From: Sphingomonadales bacterium
Lineage (GTDB): Bacteria; Pseudomonadota; Alphaproteobacteria; Sphingomonadales; Sphingomonadaceae
Assembly: GCA_016714795.1 (NCBI GenBank)
Contig: JADKCA010000008.1
Span: 66,083 to 130,082, forward strand
Reading direction: 5' to 3'
DNA length: 64,000 nucleotides
The notes under the pieces are model-generated. The model worked only from the letters and a program-made list of their open reading frames with translations. It made no database searches and was not told the DNA's origin. The position numbers and the translations under genes were made by a program. Below are positions 1 through 10,080 of the stretch, piece after piece (position 1 is the stretch's first letter; the number at the start of each line of letters is the position of its first letter).

Positions 1-1344
1 GCAGAGACCGGCGACAAATGGCTCGACAGCGAAATTGCAATCCGCATTGCGGGCGAAAAGCTGCAGGCCTTTGCAATCGAGGTCGCCACCGAAACCGGCT
101 ATGGCTGGGTGCGTCCGCTCGTCGGCACCCGCGTGGATCATGCTGCGGTGGAAGCGCTGCACCCGGTTCAGGTCGAAGTCGCTCCCTTGAGCGAAGACGA
201 ACAGGCACGGATCGCGACGATCGCCGATGAAATGGCCGAGATCGAAGCCAAGTTCGAGGCCGGGCTTGATGATGATGGTGACGCAGACGCGCTTGAAGAT
301 CGATTTGCTGCCCTTGAAGCCGAACTGGTCCGCATTCAGGACAAGCCCGGCATCGTGTCTGACGACCTCAAGCCGAGCGTTGGCTGCTTTGTCATCCTGG
401 ATGGCGAAGGCAAACCGGTCATCGACGCCACGCTCTACAGCGAAACCGCGCCACGCAAGCAGCGCAGCACGGCAACGACTGGCGCAAGCGCCGATGGAAC
501 CGGAACCGGCGATGGTGGAAGTGAAGGCGAAGATGGTATGGGGGCGATCAAACCGCTCTCGCAGCGCCTGATTGGCGAATTGTCGGTGCAGCGCCGCGAC
601 ATTCTGGCATCCAATCTCGCGGTCAATCCGGCGGTCGCGCTCGATCTCCTGATCTTCGCCATCGCCGACCGCACGCCAACCTATGGCCGCGACGAACGCG
701 GGACGACGATCCGGGCGCCCGAACCGTCTTGCTATCTCGATGCCTATCCGGCCTCACCCGCCTTTGAACAGCTTGCTGAAATCCGCGACGGCCTCGACAC
801 CAGCTGGACCGAGCCTGAAACGACTGTGGCCCGCTTCGAAGCCTTTGCCGGGCTTGACGATGACGCCAAGGCTGGCTGGCTCGCCTATGTCGTTGCCAAA
901 TCGCTCGAACCCAGCATCGGTGGCGCGCGCATTGGCCATCAGGGTCCCAGCGGCAACGACCTGCACGACCATCTTGCTGGCCTGATGCAAATCGACGCCG
1001 CCCAGCATTGGCGCCCGACCGCTGCCAATTATTTTGACCGGGTCGGCAAGCAGCAATTGCTCCGCCACATCACCGACATTGGCGGGACGACGATGGCGGC
1101 GAGCTATATGGCAAGCAAGAAGGGCGACCTGTCCCAGACTTGCGAGAAATTGTTCGCAGGCGAGACCATCGTCGCACCCGAGGTCAAGGCCGCCGCGCTT
1201 GCCTGGGTGCCCGATGCGATCCGGTTTGGCGCAGTTGCCAGCGGGACGACCGATGCAGCCGGTGAGCCTGAAGGTGCAGCAGAACCGCCGGTCGAAGACG
1301 CTGGCGAGGAGCGCCACAACGTCGAGGATCTGGTCGAAGCCTGA
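1..1344 (+). CDS. ParB-like conjugative-element protein, C-terminal part (5' end upstream of window)
   Basis: Frame 1 is open from nt 1; GTG 109 in the track is only the first start-like codon. Stop at 1342-1344. An acidic coiled segment is followed by the helical region 'LSQRLIGELSVQRRDILASNLAVNPAVALDLLIFAIADR', as in the long ParB/Srx-type proteins found next to ardC in alphaproteobacterial plasmids/ICEs. The ParB N-domain itself is outside the window, so the family call is from recollection. Confidence 0.5.
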   Translation, partial: AETGDKWLDSEIAIRIAGEKLQAFAIEVATETGYGWVRPLVGTRVDHAAVEALHPVQVEVAPLSEDEQARIATIADEMAEIEAKFEAGLDDDGDADALEDRFAALEAELVRIQDKPGIVSDDLKPSVGCFVILDGEGKPVIDATLYSETAPRKQRSTATTGASADGTGTGDGGSEGEDGMGAIKPLSQRLIGELSVQRRDILASNLAVNPAVALDLLIFAIADRTPTYGRDERGTTIRAPEPSCYLDAYPASPAFEQLAEIRDGLDTSWTEPETTVARFEAFAGLDDDAKAGWLAYVVAKSLEPSIGGARIGHQGPSGNDLHDHLAGLMQIDAAQHWRPTAANYFDRVGKQQLLRHITDIGGTTMAASYMASKKGDLSQTCEKLFAGETIVAPEVKAAALAWVPDAIRFGAVASGTTDAAGEPEGAAEPPVEDAGEERHNVEDLVEA

Positions 1345-1428
1345 TCCGTCTTCGCACGCCCCTTGGCACCGCGCCGCCATGCCTGCGGCGCGGTGCTCTT
1401 CCTCATAGTCCATGAAGGTCTCTCACCC

Positions 1429-3084
1429 ATGACACAGCATGAACCTGTGCGCGCTCGCGTGGCGGCTGCCGCCATAGGCAAAGTAACCCGGATGTTTTCC
1501 GGGTCGCTCGACGATATCCTGACCGAATTGTTCCAGAATGCCCGTAGGGCAGGGGCAACGCTGATCGCGGTTTCGACCAGCACTGAGCCGACCCCGAAAA
1601 TCATCATCGCCGATGATGGCAAGGGCATCGCCAGCCCGCAGGCGTTGCTTTCGCTTGGCGAATCCGATTGGGATGCGGCAGCAACGCTGCGCGAAGATCC
1701 GGCAGGGATGGGCTTTTTCTCGCTTGCCGGACGCGCGACCACCATTACTTCGTCGACCGGCGGCGACGCTTTCAGACTGGCCATTCCTGAGGATGGCTGG
1801 ACTGGCGCCCATGAATTATATGTCGACAGCGCCACACATGAACGTGGTACGACCATTGTTTTTGCGGCCAATGACGATTGGCTGCGCCAAATTGGGGGCG
1901 CTGTCGAGCGCGCTGCACGATACTTGCCCGTCGACGTGACACTCAATGGTGTTCGCCAATCACGCAATGACTTTCTCGACGGTGCAACCTACATCAAGCA
2001 GGTGGCCGGACTTGCCATTGGGGTCTTTTCAAGGCCGTTTTCCACCTATGACGACCATATCAATTTCCACGGCCTCACGTTGCGGCAGCGGCTCTTTTCG
2101 CTGGTTGAAACCGACTATCACCACTGGTCTGCCCGTATCGACATTATCGATGCGCCCGAGCTGCAGCTGGTGCTTCCAGCCCGCAAGGAGCTGGTCGAAA
2201 ACGCGCATAGTCTTGCGCTCGACACATTGGTGAAGACCGCGATCTTCGAAGCCATCCGTGAACGCGGGCGGCACTGTTTGCCCAAAAAGGATTGGGATGA
2301 AGCTGCCACACTCGGCATTGACCTTCCCGAAGCCGATGCGCTTCTCACGCAGTGGCAGCCCGGTACTGCTGACGAATATTTTGGCGCAGCACGCGAAAAC
2401 CCTGTCGAACCGGGTATAGATGCGCTTCTTGTGCCGTCTTTAGATCCGTTCACCGCGCAGATGTTGCACCGTGCGCTTGCGCTTGCTGGACCTCCACCCT
2501 TCGCACAACTGCTGGATGCTCGCCCCGCCTATCAAGGCTATCGTTGGTATGATGCGCTCGAAGTGATCAGCGACTGTCGCCCAGAGCTGGCGCATGATGG
2601 TTCCGTTCTTGTGTTGGACCAGACCAAAAGGCTGTCCGACGTCAACACGCGCATCGATGAAGCCTCGCTTGACCTCATCTTTTCGTCTGGGAGGCACCGG
2701 AGATTGTCCCTCGATCTCTATCTCGAAGCTGACCCAGACGAATACGGCACCGCCGACGAGATGATCATGCTTGTGACCCGGGAAAGTCATCTCAGCCCGA
2801 GCGAGCTTGCCGCCTATATCACATGTGCTGGATTTTGCTTTTGCGACGATAGCGATGCTGGCAGCTACAATGATCAACGTGACCATTATGAACAGGCTGC
2901 TCTCCACCGCGCTTTTGAATGCTTGAAAGCAGGCGATGAAAGCGATCTTGCCAAAATCAAACATGACTTCGGGAGGCACATTGCCTGGCTGGTGCCAAAG
3001 GGCAGGGTGCTGTCACTCGAATATGACGGGACCAGCTGTTCGGCCACATTTCTCCCACGCGAACGCGAAACGGTTGTGTCATGA
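1429..3084 (+). CDS. GHKL-type (HATPase_c-like) ATP-binding protein
   Basis: ORF 1363-3084, with ATG 1429 preferred. Bergerat-fold motifs lie near the N-terminus: 'ELFQNARRAGA' (N box), 'IIADDGKGI' (G1) and 'GMGFFSL' (G2). The stop overlaps the ardC start (ATGA at 3081-3084). Confidence 0.6.
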   Translation: MTQHEPVRARVAAAAIGKVTRMFSGSLDDILTELFQNARRAGATLIAVSTSTEPTPKIIIADDGKGIASPQALLSLGESDWDAAATLREDPAGMGFFSLAGRATTITSSTGGDAFRLAIPEDGWTGAHELYVDSATHERGTTIVFAANDDWLRQIGGAVERAARYLPVDVTLNGVRQSRNDFLDGATYIKQVAGLAIGVFSRPFSTYDDHINFHGLTLRQRLFSLVETDYHHWSARIDIIDAPELQLVLPARKELVENAHSLALDTLVKTAIFEAIRERGRHCLPKKDWDEAATLGIDLPEADALLTQWQPGTADEYFGAARENPVEPGIDALLVPSLDPFTAQMLHRALALAGPPPFAQLLDARPAYQGYRWYDALEVISDCRPELAHDGSVLVLDQTKRLSDVNTRIDEASLDLIFSSGRHRRLSLDLYLEADPDEYGTADEMIMLVTRESHLSPSELAAYITCAGFCFCDDSDAGSYNDQRDHYEQAALHRAFECLKAGDESDLAKIKHDFGRHIAWLVPKGRVLSLEYDGTSCSATFLPRERETVVS

Positions 3085-3983
3085 CCCGGTTTCGCAAAAT
3101 CGACGCGGCAGCCACCGTCACTGCGCTCATTCTCGAAAAGTTGAAGACCGGAGCCGCGCCATGGGTGCGACCTTGGTCGACGACGGGAATGCGGCCCGCG
3201 CGCCACAATGGTTTGCCCTATACAGGGGTCAACACGCTCTACCTCTGGGCAATTGCCGATGCGCGGGGGTTTGCCAGCCCCTATTGGATGACCGCAAGGC
3301 AGGCCGCCGAACTGGGCGCACAAGTTCGGGGCGGTGAGCGCCATGCGATCAGCGTCTATTATGCGACGGCCAAGCGGGCAGGCGGGCAGGGGCTTGCCGG
3401 TGAGCAAGGCGACCGGAGGTTCCGCTTCCTCAAATGCTATGCGGTCTACAATGCCGACCAGATCGACGGGTTGCCGCCGCATTATCATCCCGAACCCGCC
3501 GATTGCCTGAAAGATCCGGTCGAACAGCGATTGGGTATCGAGGCCTTTTTCGAGCCTGTTCCAGTCCCCGTCCGACACGGCGGTGACCGCGCCTATTACA
3601 GCCCGTCGAGCGATCATGTCCAGTTGCCGCGTGCCCGCCATTTCCAGTCGCTCGACCATTATTGGTCGACGCGCGCGCATGAATGCGTTCATGCAACCGG
3701 CGCTCAGCACCGGCTGAAGCGTCAGTTTGGCAAGCGTTTTGGCGACAAGGCCTATGCTTTTGAGGAGCTGGTCGCCTGTCTCGGCCAATCCTTCATCTCC
3801 GCTGAACTCGGTCTTCCTGCCAGCCTCCACGACAGCCACGCGTCTTACATCGCGTCATGGATCGATGTGCTCGAACGCGACAAGACCGCGATCATTCATG
3901 CTGCTGCCAAAGCCGAGCAAGCGGTCACTTGGCTGCGCCGCTGCAGCGCTTCTGCGGCCGCGCCTCTCAAAATTGCGGCGTGA
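3081..3983 (+). CDS. ardC: ArdC-type antirestriction protein (ssDNA-binding N-domain + zincin metalloprotease domain)
   Basis: 'PWVRPW...LPYTGVNTLYLW...YWMTARQAAELGAQVRGGE' matches the ArdC/DUF1738 N-domain. The C-terminal part carries 'HECVHATG' (HExxH). Confidence 0.85.
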   Translation: MTRFRKIDAAATVTALILEKLKTGAAPWVRPWSTTGMRPARHNGLPYTGVNTLYLWAIADARGFASPYWMTARQAAELGAQVRGGERHAISVYYATAKRAGGQGLAGEQGDRRFRFLKCYAVYNADQIDGLPPHYHPEPADCLKDPVEQRLGIEAFFEPVPVPVRHGGDRAYYSPSSDHVQLPRARHFQSLDHYWSTRAHECVHATGAQHRLKRQFGKRFGDKAYAFEELVACLGQSFISAELGLPASLHDSHASYIASWIDVLERDKTAIIHAAAKAEQAVTWLRRCSASAAAPLKIAA

Positions 3984-4068
3984 CAGGCACGAAGGCGCAA
4001 ATTTGGCAGAATGTTGACCGGCTTGGCAGCTCATGTTATACAAAAATATAATTATGGGAGGCCAGTCA

Positions 4069-4326
4069 ATGCACATTACCAATCTTCGAAAGGTCGGCGG
4101 ATCGGTGATGCTTGCAGTGCCACCGGCATTGCTGGACTTGCTGCACCTGAAAGCCGGTGCCTCTGTTGGGGTTGTTGTTGATGGCGGACGCCTTGTTGTC
4201 GAACCGTCACCGCGCCCGCGATATTCATTGGCGGAACTGCTCGCTGCATCGGATTATCCCGAGGCGCTTCCACCGGAAGATCGCGAATGGCTTGACGCAC
4301 CCGCTATGGGCAAGGAGCTTTTGTGA
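4069..4326 (+). CDS. MazE/PemI-type AbrB-fold antitoxin
   Basis: 'LRKVGGSVMLAVPPALLDLLHLKAGASV' is a SpoVT/AbrB-type sequence. GGGAGG lies 7 nt before ATG 4069. The gene overlaps the toxin gene by 4 nt. Confidence 0.8.
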   Translation: MHITNLRKVGGSVMLAVPPALLDLLHLKAGASVGVVVDGGRLVVEPSPRPRYSLAELLAASDYPEALPPEDREWLDAPAMGKELL

Positions 4327-4649
4327 ACAGGGGAGATATCTACATGGTGTCACTCAACCCTACCCAAGGTCGCGAGCAACAAGGACACCGGCCTGTGCTG
4401 GTTATTTCAGCAACCGAATTTAACGCAGCAACCAAACTGCCTGTCGTTTTGCCGATCACAAATGGCGGAGATTTTGCCCGTCGTCTCGGCTTCTCTGTGG
4501 CGATCTCTGGTATCAAGACCACGGGGATAGTGCGCTGCGACCAGCCTCGCGTGCTTGACATCGCAGAGCGCGGTGGCCGCAAAGTGGATGCTCTGCCGAC
4601 GCCATTGATAGACGAGGTACTCGCCAAGGTCGCCACGCTGTTCGAATAG
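4323..4649 (+). CDS. MazF/PemK-family endoribonuclease toxin
   Basis: 'GDIYMVSLNPTQGREQQGHRPVLVIS...LPVVLPITN' is the PemK/MazF signature. The GTG start overlaps the upstream stop. Confidence 0.85.
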   Translation: MNRGDIYMVSLNPTQGREQQGHRPVLVISATEFNAATKLPVVLPITNGGDFARRLGFSVAISGIKTTGIVRCDQPRVLDIAERGGRKVDALPTPLIDEVLAKVATLFE

Positions 4650-4760
4650 TCCTAAAGAACCTGCGTTGGACCCTTACCACAGGCCGCAGCACATAATCAC
4701 AAGAAAGGGGAGGGGGAGAGGTTTTCTCGCGCTTGAATTCATCAAGTGGGGAGATGCCCA

Positions 4761-5429
4761 ATGACCTACGACCTTGCTTTTCGCTTTGCCCGAGCGCTCC
4801 AGCCTGATGCCTTGGTAACGATCCAGAACGCCTGTGCAGCCCTTGCCGATGCAATGAAAGACGCCCGCAATGCAGGCTGCGATATCGAGCGCGATCCCGC
4901 CGTCATTCTGCTCGGTCGCCATCTGGGCCGGGTTGCCTCAGGACTCGATCCGGCGGCAAGCTATCCCGCAGATGGTGCGATGCGGCAGGCCTGCTTTGAG
5001 CGGATTGCTGAGCTTCGGGCCAAACCAGCGATCGTTCCGCTCGCTCGGCGCGGCGTAGCCTATGACCCGGAAGCAAAGCGCGCCTTACATCGCGAAGCCC
5101 GGAACGCGCTAGCAGCACTGGCGCGCGAACTCGGGCTGGTGCCGGGCGATTATGATCTGCGCGTCAATGCAGGCGGTGTCGCTGTTTCGGGCGAGGTCAC
5201 GCTGCATGGTGAAACAGTCTACGTCCAGATCAGCTGCAGCGTGATGGGGCCGGGACGCGAGATCCTCTATCGCCGCTGCAACGGGCGGCGCGATTATTGC
5301 GGCGACCGCAACCATTTTGCCGACATCTCGGTGGCCGTCGACGCCACGCGCTTTGCAAAGCTCTTGCGACGTGACCTCCATCTGGCGCCCGAAACCGTCC
5401 GGCAGGACGCCCTGGCTCCCGCCGCCTGA
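4761..5429 (+). CDS. hypothetical protein (conjugative-element conserved type)
   Basis: ORF 4746-5429. GGGGAG lies 7 nt before ATG 4761. No recognisable motif. Confidence 0.5.
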   Translation: MTYDLAFRFARALQPDALVTIQNACAALADAMKDARNAGCDIERDPAVILLGRHLGRVASGLDPAASYPADGAMRQACFERIAELRAKPAIVPLARRGVAYDPEAKRALHREARNALAALARELGLVPGDYDLRVNAGGVAVSGEVTLHGETVYVQISCSVMGPGREILYRRCNGRRDYCGDRNHFADISVAVDATRFAKLLRRDLHLAPETVRQDALAPAA

Positions 5430-5487
5430 CCATCCACACCACCCGCGCGTCTAAGCGTCTCAGACGCAAAGACCAAGGAGATACGAC

Positions 5488-6087
5488 ATGGGTTGGCTAT
5501 CAATGACGTCTGCCGGGATGGGCGGACACACCAGGCCCAAAGCCTATCTCGACGCACAGTTCAGCTTTGCACCCGATGCCGCAAAGCAGCGTGACACAGG
5601 CTTGCGCGTGTTGCGTTCGTCGATGGTTGGCCATGTCTATTATGCCGCTGTCGAAAGCTATGACGATAAGGGGACCAAGTCGGTTTTTGCTGTGGTCTGC
5701 CTAACCCGCTGGAACCCCAAGGCCCGTGACGGTTATATCTTTGCGTATAAGGATCTCGACGAAAGCTGCGGCCCCTATGAAAGCCAATGTCCGGCGCGGA
5801 TCCTTGATCTGTTGACCGAACCGGTCAACGACTATGCCCGCGAATGGCGCGCACGCTGTCAGGCGCGGCTGCTTCTTACCGGTCGCAAACTGCCCAGGAC
5901 GGGCGACCGTCTGATCTTCCCAGAGCCGGTGCGGTTCAGTGATGGCTATGAAGGCCGGGAGTTCGAGGTCGTGCGAAGACAGCGAGCAATTCTGCTCCAG
6001 AGGCCGGACACGAGCGTGCTGTGCAAGGTATCGCGCCTGATGGAGCGCCGCTGGTCGATCGTTCCCGGTCCGACCACGACCCTGTAA
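5488..6087 (+). CDS. hypothetical protein
   Basis: AAGGAG lies 7 nt before ATG 5488. Protein-like composition ('MGWLSM...VFAVVCLTRWNPK...'). No motif recognised. Confidence 0.55.
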   Translation: MGWLSMTSAGMGGHTRPKAYLDAQFSFAPDAAKQRDTGLRVLRSSMVGHVYYAAVESYDDKGTKSVFAVVCLTRWNPKARDGYIFAYKDLDESCGPYESQCPARILDLLTEPVNDYAREWRARCQARLLLTGRKLPRTGDRLIFPEPVRFSDGYEGREFEVVRRQRAILLQRPDTSVLCKVSRLMERRWSIVPGPTTTL

Positions 6088-6120
6088 TCGTGGCTTGCCC
6101 CATCCGTGAAGGAGTGTTGT

Positions 6121-6348
6121 ATGACAACGCGCACCAAGCCTATTGCCGGATCACCCCTGCGCGCGCAGCTGTGCAGCATTGAAAATGCCAATCGACTTGC
6201 GGTCCAGGTCGCCGATGATGTCGCAAGCGATACCGCTGTGGTGCGAACCGGCAATCCCGATCAACCTTTTAGGGTGGTGCTGGCGAATTGCGTGGGCGAT
6301 GCGCAGGTCATCTCGCGGACCGTCAGGTGCTCGCGATCGGCAGAGTAG
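6121..6348 (+). CDS. small hypothetical protein
   Basis: AAGGAG lies 6 nt before ATG 6121. 75 codons. It overlaps the long spurious 5' extension of the next ORF. Confidence 0.35.
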   Translation: MTTRTKPIAGSPLRAQLCSIENANRLAVQVADDVASDTAVVRTGNPDQPFRVVLANCVGDAQVISRTVRCSRSAE

Positions 6349-6409
6349 CATTAAAGGCACACATTTTGTCAGCCTTGACCTCCCAAATCCTTCCCTTCAC
6401 ACGATATGG

Positions 6410-7843
6410 ATGCCTTCCGAAACGACCCTCAACGCCAAGAATCTCGCCGGATTGGGCGCTGATCGGCTCGCTGAGCTACTGCTCGAACTGGCGCAAGGCG
6501 ATGCTGCGGCGAAGCGCGCTCTGCGGATGGAACTGGCAAGCCGCAATGGTGGCGATGTCGGGGCGGAAATTCGCAAGCGGTTGGCCTCGATTGCCAAATC
6601 CAGATCCTTTGTCGACTGGCGCAGGATCAGAGAGCTGGCCAATGATCTCGACATGCAGCGCGCTGCAATCATGGCGCATGTGGCGCCCGAAAAACCCGGC
6701 GAAGCCTTTGATCTGCTCTGGCGGATGCTTGAGATGGCTCCAAAAATCTATGAGCGCTGCGACGACAGCAATGGCACAATCGGCACTGTCATCAGCACGG
6801 CACTGGATGATCTGGGTATTGTCGCTGGTCCGGCTAATCTCGAAAAGGGCAAGCTCGCCGAAAGGGTATTTGAGGGCGTTTGCGGCAACGATTACGGTCA
6901 GTTTGATGGGCTGATCGCGTTGATGGCGGGAGCACTGGGGCAACAAGGACTTGGCCTGCTTAAAGCCAAATTCGAAGAGCTTGCAGCGAGGCCCCCGATA
7001 AAGCCCAATAAGGATGAACGGCGCATCATCGCCTATGGCTCAGGCGGCCCTATATATGAGGACGACTTTGAAGCCACGCACCATGCCCGCCTCGTCAAAC
7101 ACGCACTCACTGACATTGCCGATGCGCTTGGTGATGTTGATGGCTATATCGCCCGCTTTTCGGATGAAGATCGCACCAACCCGGCTATCGCTGCCGGGAT
7201 CGCCGAACGGCTGCTTGGCGTCCAGCGGGCGGAAGAAGCCATGGCGGTGCTCACTGGAGCCGAAGCCACATCGCAGGCCGGCGGCCATTGGCCTGATTGG
7301 CTACGGGTCAAGATCGATGTGCTCGAAGCATTGGGGCGTATGGATGAAGCGCAGGCAGAGCGTTGGGCTGTTTTCGAGCGCACGCTCAGCTCGGAATATG
7401 TACGGTCCTATCTCAAGCGGCTGCCCGACTTTGACGACGTGGACGCGGAACGGAAAGCGCTGGCCCATGTTCAGCAATACGCCAATTTTCACCATGCGCT
7501 GTGGTTCCTTGTCGGCTGGCCATCGTACGAATTGGCAGCAGAACTGGTTCTGGCGCGCCACGCCGAGATCGACGGGAATAACTATGGGCTGTTGACCCCC
7601 GCCGCTGAGGCGCTGGAACAGAATTATCCATTGGCCGCCACATTGATGCTGCGCGCGATGATCGGCTATTCGCTCGATAAGGCCAAAGCCACGCGTTACG
7701 GCCATGCCGCGCGGCACATGCAAAGCTGCGAATATCTGGCCAAGCGGATTGAGAGTTTTGGCGATCACGCAGATCACGACGCCTTTGTAGCGGGCCTCAG
7801 GCTGCGGCATGGCCGCAAGAGCGGGTTTTGGAATGCAGGCTGA
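6410..7843 (+). CDS. hypothetical helical-repeat protein
   Basis: The track ORF is 6143-7843, but its first 89 codons are Arg/Trp/Cys-rich nonsense. ATG 6410 ('MPSETTLNAKNLAGLGADRLAELLLELAQGD...') starts the protein-like part. Long alpha-helical composition. Confidence 0.6.
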   Translation: MPSETTLNAKNLAGLGADRLAELLLELAQGDAAAKRALRMELASRNGGDVGAEIRKRLASIAKSRSFVDWRRIRELANDLDMQRAAIMAHVAPEKPGEAFDLLWRMLEMAPKIYERCDDSNGTIGTVISTALDDLGIVAGPANLEKGKLAERVFEGVCGNDYGQFDGLIALMAGALGQQGLGLLKAKFEELAARPPIKPNKDERRIIAYGSGGPIYEDDFEATHHARLVKHALTDIADALGDVDGYIARFSDEDRTNPAIAAGIAERLLGVQRAEEAMAVLTGAEATSQAGGHWPDWLRVKIDVLEALGRMDEAQAERWAVFERTLSSEYVRSYLKRLPDFDDVDAERKALAHVQQYANFHHALWFLVGWPSYELAAELVLARHAEIDGNNYGLLTPAAEALEQNYPLAATLMLRAMIGYSLDKAKATRYGHAARHMQSCEYLAKRIESFGDHADHDAFVAGLRLRHGRKSGFWNAG

Positions 7844-7882
7844 GTGTTACGGTGTTCCGGCTCCGGCCCGGCAACTTGACAC

Positions 7883-8257
7883 TCAATGCGGTGTTGGTCC
7901 CCGGTCTGCCGACCATGCGGCACCCAGTTCAAACCCGGCATCGGGCGACACCAAGGGGCCATCGGGCTCTTCGGCCACATAGGGCGAGACAAGGTCGCGC
8001 CGCGTGATCCGCTTGCGGTTCAAACGTGCCGCGACAAGCCCTCTGGCCTTGAGCAGGGCTGCTAGCCAGTCGAGCGTGTCCAGCATCTCAACGACGCCGC
8101 GTCCGGCAAGCGCATAATAGATCGCGCGCTGGAAATCGTCGCAGGCATTGCTCAATATTGCCGCCAGCTTGGCCCGCCCCTCAGGAACGCCATGGTGCAC
8201 CCAGTCGACCGCTTGGGCGAGTTCGCGCACCGAGAGATAGGCATCGTCGATCCCCAT
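7883..8257 (-). CDS. hypothetical protein (only minus-strand gene candidate in this block; N-terminus uncertain)
   Basis: 124-codon ORF. The same frame stays open and protein-like upstream to about 8390 ('...FYQFDLDIALRDAACDPDLRPQQRAVANLCLG') but has no ATG/GTG/TTG there, only a CTG. Confidence 0.35.
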   Translation of the reverse strand: MGIDDAYLSVRELAQAVDWVHHGVPEGRAKLAAILSNACDDFQRAIYYALAGRGVVEMLDTLDWLAALLKARGLVAARLNRKRITRRDLVSPYVAEEPDGPLVSPDAGFELGAAWSADRGPTPH

Positions 8258-8531
8258 GCCGAGGCACAGATTGGCGACCGCGCGCTGCTGCGGGCGCAGA
8301 TCGGGATCGCAGGCTGCGTCGCGCAGGGCGATGTCGAGATCGAATTGGTAAAAGGCCCGGTCAAGCCCAGAGTGGCCATTAGTCTGGAGATGACGTCCCG
8401 GCGCACGCAGTCGGGCCGAATTGCGAACATATCATGAACATACCCGTCAACTCCCCGTGACCGAGAGGCGAGGGGGAAGGGCAGGGGTGTCGGGACAATT
8501 GTCCTGCAGCTCTTGCAAGCAACCAAGGAGA

Positions 8532-8930
8532 ATGACGATGGCGACGACCATGCCTGCCGACGCTGCACCTGATGACGTGCAGCGCGCCTGCGAATGCGCG
8601 CGGCTCAACGATCTCTGCCGATCAGGCCAGCTGCGCGAAGCACGCACCGTGTTCACGCGCGGCTGCATCGATGCCTTTTGCGATCCCGAAGATCAGCTGA
8701 GCCTGTTCGCCGTCCAGGCCGCACTTGCCGCCAAGGTGCGTACCCATGAATTCAGCGGCGACGACGACCCGCATGGCGAGCGCGATTTCGGCGTGTTCGA
8801 GCATCAGCGGCAGAAACTCTTCTGGAAGATCGATTATTATGATCCGACGCTGAGTTTCGGATCGGAGGATCCGACTGATCTGTCCAAAACCCACCGCGTA
8901 CTCACCATCCTGCTTGCGAGCGAATATTGA
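8532..8930 (+). CDS. DUF3768-type protein
   Basis: 'DDDPHGERDFGVFEHQRQKLFWKIDYYDPTLSFGSEDPTDLSKTHRVLTILLASEY' matches the DUF3768 C-terminal signature as I remember it. AAGGAG at 8525-8530; start is ATG 8532 or 8538. Confidence 0.7.
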   Translation: MTMATTMPADAAPDDVQRACECARLNDLCRSGQLREARTVFTRGCIDAFCDPEDQLSLFAVQAALAAKVRTHEFSGDDDPHGERDFGVFEHQRQKLFWKIDYYDPTLSFGSEDPTDLSKTHRVLTILLASEY

Positions 8931-8952
8931 TGCCGGGTCGGGAGTTGAGGCC

Positions 8953-9306
8953 GTGAGCCGCCACAGCCTTGTGCCCTTGCCCGAGCATGGTGCGATCTAT
9001 GAAATTGCCATTGGTTGGGACCGTCCGTTGGGCAGTTTCTTCGTCATCATCTTTGGCACCCCTGACGACGATGATTCCGCCCCAGGCGGCGACGAGCTCA
9101 CGCCGCTGCTCTGGGAAGGAGCCGCACCCGGCGCGCTGATCACCCCTGAAGCCGCCATCGCGTTCGCGGCACCCTATGCCGTCATTCCCGACGGGCTGGC
9201 GGCGCTGCTTGCTGCCGATCGTCAAGCCGAAGGCGGCTCGGTGGACCGCCCCGCGCAACGCTCAGCGCTTGCGGCGCTTTGGCCCAAACCGAAAGGCAGA
9301 CCATGA
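8953..9306 (+). CDS. hypothetical protein
   Basis: ORF 8914-9306, with GTG 8953 preceded by GGAG. The stop overlaps the next start (ATGA at 9303-9306). Confidence 0.45.
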   Translation: MSRHSLVPLPEHGAIYEIAIGWDRPLGSFFVIIFGTPDDDDSAPGGDELTPLLWEGAAPGALITPEAAIAFAAPYAVIPDGLAALLAADRQAEGGSVDRPAQRSALAALWPKPKGRP

Positions 9307-9962
9307 CCGACTATCAGACCGAAACCGCTTTCAGCCTTGTGGTGACAGCTGAGGAAGCCGCGCTTGTGGCTGAAGCTGTCGCGCTTGCCGATGCACTGAT
9401 CGCTGCAAAGCCGGGTGAGGCGCTGCCCTCGCTCAGTCCGGCTTTCGCGGCGCTGTTTCCGCCAAGTCCCGCAGGCGAGGGCGATGCCTGTTCGGGGTTC
9501 CGCCAGCTGTTCAGCGATGGTGAGTATCCCGACTTCGGGTGCGAGATCGTGGGCGAAGCCGGGGAGGGGGCAATGATCCGCTTTGCCGGATCGCAAGTCG
9601 ACACCGATGCGATTGCTGAGCTGATCCGCCGTTGCTGTGTGTCCGCCTTGCCGCTGCGCTTTGGCTGGGCTTCGACCTGCTCCAAATATCGCGACAATGG
9701 TTTTGGCGGCGGGACAATCGAGATCACGCGGTTCGATATCCGCGATATCATCAATCCAGATCTCGATGATCCGCTGCTGGTGCTGACCACCAGCGGTCGC
9801 GACGGCGAAACGCTCTTCTGGAACGAGGACGCAGGCTTTGGCCCGCTTGCGGCAGCAACGGTCTATACCGACCGCGAAGCCGAGCGCGTGACGGTGGTCG
9901 CCGCCGACGCGCCAGAATGGATGTCGCTTCCGCGCCGGGTGCCGCCGGTGCATCTCGCCTGA
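9303..9962 (+). CDS. hypothetical protein
   Basis: ATG 9303 is translationally coupled to the upstream ORF. No motif recognised. Confidence 0.5.
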   Translation: MTDYQTETAFSLVVTAEEAALVAEAVALADALIAAKPGEALPSLSPAFAALFPPSPAGEGDACSGFRQLFSDGEYPDFGCEIVGEAGEGAMIRFAGSQVDTDAIAELIRRCCVSALPLRFGWASTCSKYRDNGFGGGTIEITRFDIRDIINPDLDDPLLVLTTSGRDGETLFWNEDAGFGPLAAATVYTDREAERVTVVAADAPEWMSLPRRVPPVHLA

Positions 9963-9995
9963 GTAGGGCGTGGCTTCGAAAGGGCTAGGAGGTTG

Positions 9996-10023
9996 GCGCA
10001 CCTGAACCCGTCAGCAGGTGCGC
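9996..10023 (+). terminator. stem-loop after the 9303-9962 gene (no U-tract)
   Basis: GCGCACCTG (9996-10004) and CAGGTGCGC (10015-10023) form a perfect 9-bp inverted repeat. Confidence 0.35.
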
Positions 10024-10049
10024 AACGATGGCACCTCGCTCATCCGGGC

Positions 10050-10080
10050 AAAAAAGAGGCCCGCCGGTCAGACGGGCCTC
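10050..10080 (-). terminator. rho-independent-type terminator readable on the minus strand
   Basis: GAGGCCCG (10056-10063) pairs with CGGGCCTC (10073-10080), and six A follow at 10050-10055. On the minus strand this reads as stem-loop + TTTTTT. No minus-strand CDS ends here. Confidence 0.45.

Noticed and set aside
2886-3839. 317-codon minus-strand ORF
   Set aside because: It lies entirely antisense to ardC, whose identity is clear. It has no RBS or motifs.
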